From IMG/VR virus record IMGVR_UViG_3300030102_001761, positions 1 through 24,321 of that record: 24,321 nucleotides of DNA; one strand, written 5' to 3'. The notes under the pieces are model-generated. The model worked only from the letters and a program-made list of their open reading frames with translations, had not been told where the DNA came from and made no database searches. The translations under genes and the position numbers were made by a program. This stretch comes from a virus. Lineage: Duplodnaviria > Caudoviricetes. How positions within the stretch are numbered: position 1 is the stretch's first letter; each line of letters opens with the position of its first letter. Positions 22,842 to 24,321 of this stretch are shown here, piece by piece.

Positions 22842-24321
22842 TTTGTTAGTTCCCTTAATGATCTGATTCTTTCTTCTCTGGTGCGTAGTGGAATCTCTTC
22901 TGGCAGCGGCTCATCAGTAGCGATGATAACTCCCATAGAACGCATCCACTCTTGCCAGTCTTCTTGCAGAGCCAAGCGACTGCCGGGTACTTCACCGGGC
23001 ATTGACTCTTGCGTTGCTATAATACTACCATAATCCATAATGGTTCTTTTTAATCCTATACCAAGTGCTGCTTCCATGAATGCATAGTGCGCACGACGGC
23101 TAGCCATATCATCATAAGGTATGCGCCATTGCACACCAGCATATGTGGTTGCACCATAGCGTTGCTCGTCAAGTGGAACAGGCTCAAGGTTAACTACTGA
23201 AGTATAGGCTTCCCACAGTTCAGCATTGCGAGACAGATACCAAACCATTCTGGGATCTAGATAAGTTCCAAAGGTTCTAGCCTCACCAAACTTAATTTCT
23301 TTACCAAACATAATGGCAGCAGCAAACCTGTAGAGAGGAGAAGCCTTGCTAGCAAGTTCAAGACCAATAGTCTCTGCCGCTTCCAAGGGAGCGTCAGGTG
23401 CTTTAGCCATCAGAGGTATAAAGGAAAGATAGTTAATAACATCATCCATAGCAGAGATGTATGGAATCGATGGACCATACAGGCTATAGCGTCTCTGGTT
23501 CTCAGGGTCATCAATGATTGCCAAGCGAGCACGAGAGTTTAAGTAATCTCTACTGTCTGGGTAGAACTGTCTGTCGTCATAGCCGCCAATGTTCTGTGCT
23601 AGTTTGGCAGCGTTCTTTGCTCTAGTAGGATTATTAACCATTGTCTTAAGCACAGTCTTGATTGCCTGACGCTGGAAGGTATAGAACCAAGCGACCTTGG
23701 CAATGTATTTCTTTTCAAAGTTGCTAAGCCCACCGTAATCAAACAGTGCTTCTCTGGCTAGTCGGATAGCCTCTTGCTTAGACTTGCCTTCTTTAAGAGC
23801 CTTGATGAGCACACCCACCCGGAAGGCAACATCAGTTCCATTACCAAGTTGTGTGGTTAAATTCATTTCTCTTGCAGGGTTCCAGTTCCTTCTCATCTGA
23901 TCTTTAATAAAGTTAACTGAAGTTCCATCAGCCAGTTGCCCAGAGTAACGAAGCATACTTTCTAGGATGTTAGAAGAAATCTCCGCTCGTGCCTGTGACT
24001 TAGTAATAGAGTTATCCACAACTAAATCCGCAAGCATAGAGGTAGTGATAGGCTCTCTTGTTACTGGATGCATAAACAAAACTCTATCTGATATCTTCTG
24101 TCCCATTAGTCTCAAGCCATAGACCTGCTTCATTACATCGACAACATCAATATTAAATACTGACAGTGCGTATCGACCACCAACTGTAGAGTCAATGATT
24201 GCTGGTGCGGTCAGTGCGTTAGCCATTAAGAAGTTAATGTTAGCAATAGGAGTAACGCCCGACAGCACACCGGTCTTGGCTATGTTGGCACCAGCCTCAA
24301 GGTTCTTGGCAGGAGACAGTG
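22838..24321 (-). CDS. C-terminal part of a large internal virion/ejection protein (5'-truncated)
   Basis: The frame is open from the window edge (LSPAKNLEAGANIAKTGVLSG...), so the GTG at 24268 is probably internal. AIRLAREALFDYGGLSNFEKK...WFYTFQRQ resembles C-terminal motifs of large podophage ejection proteins. Confidence 0.7.
   Translation of the reverse strand, partial: LSPAKNLEAGANIAKTGVLSGVTPIANINFLMANALTAPAIIDSTVGGRYALSVFNIDVVDVMKQVYGLRLMGQKISDRVLFMHPVTREPITTSMLADLVVDNSITKSQARAEISSNILESMLRYSGQLADGTSVNFIKDQMRRNWNPAREMNLTTQLGNGTDVAFRVGVLIKALKEGKSKQEAIRLAREALFDYGGLSNFEKKYIAKVAWFYTFQRQAIKTVLKTMVNNPTRAKNAAKLAQNIGGYDDRQFYPDSRDYLNSRARLAIIDDPENQRRYSLYGPSIPYISAMDDVINYLSFIPLMAKAPDAPLEAAETIGLELASKASPLYRFAAAIMFGKEIKFGEARTFGTYLDPRMVWYLSRNAELWEAYTSVVNLEPVPLDEQRYGATTYAGVQWRIPYDDMASRRAHYAFMEAALGIGLKRTIMDYGSIIATQESMPGEVPGSRLALQEDWQEWMRSMGVIIATDEPLPEEIPLRTREERIRSLRELTK

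Noticed and set aside
24319-24321. Window ends joining into a circle (GTG at both ends)
   Set aside because: A 3-nt match is not a terminal repeat, and neither direct joining nor a 3-nt overlap keeps the two truncated ORFs in frame.
1-24321. Stop-codon reassignment, introns or inteins in core genes
   Set aside because: Genes tile the window under the standard code with TAA, TAG and TGA all used as stops. TerL, portal and capsid are uninterrupted and of normal size.

Overview
A 24.3-kb segment of a tailed dsDNA bacteriophage with a podovirus-like (P22/T7-style) morphogenesis module, almost all on the minus strand. Read right to left, it holds the C-terminal part of a large internal-virion (ejection) protein, small membrane and very basic proteins, a holin-like gene and a lytic-transglycosylase-like gene. 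These are followed by a stand-alone sigma-70 region-4 protein, candidate TerS, TerL, portal, scaffold, major capsid, decoration protein, adaptor, tail nozzle, three short tail-appendage proteins and two more ejection proteins (the last truncated and missed by the ORF track). A ~3-kb island between scaffold and capsid carries an FmdB-like zinc ribbon, an NPPF-type adenine methyltransferase-like gene, a divergent sigma-factor-like gene and a zinc-finger GIY-YIG nuclease. The most unusual signal is a candidate transcription circuit with three parts. (i) Two sigma-like genes 8 kb apart each have a canonical 17-bp-spacer sigma70 promoter and the same extended RBS, ATAGGAGACC. (ii) Five minus-strand copies of a compressed TTGACA-N7/8-TATTAN motif lie ahead of four late gene blocks and one non-coding RNA. 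(iii) That ~85-nt three-hairpin RNA has an anti-Shine-Dalgarno loop with 11-12 nt of perfect complementarity to the RBS of both sigma-like genes. No replication genes, tRNA, rRNA, CRISPR array or integrase are visible. All protein calls come from reading motifs and synteny by eye, not from database searches.
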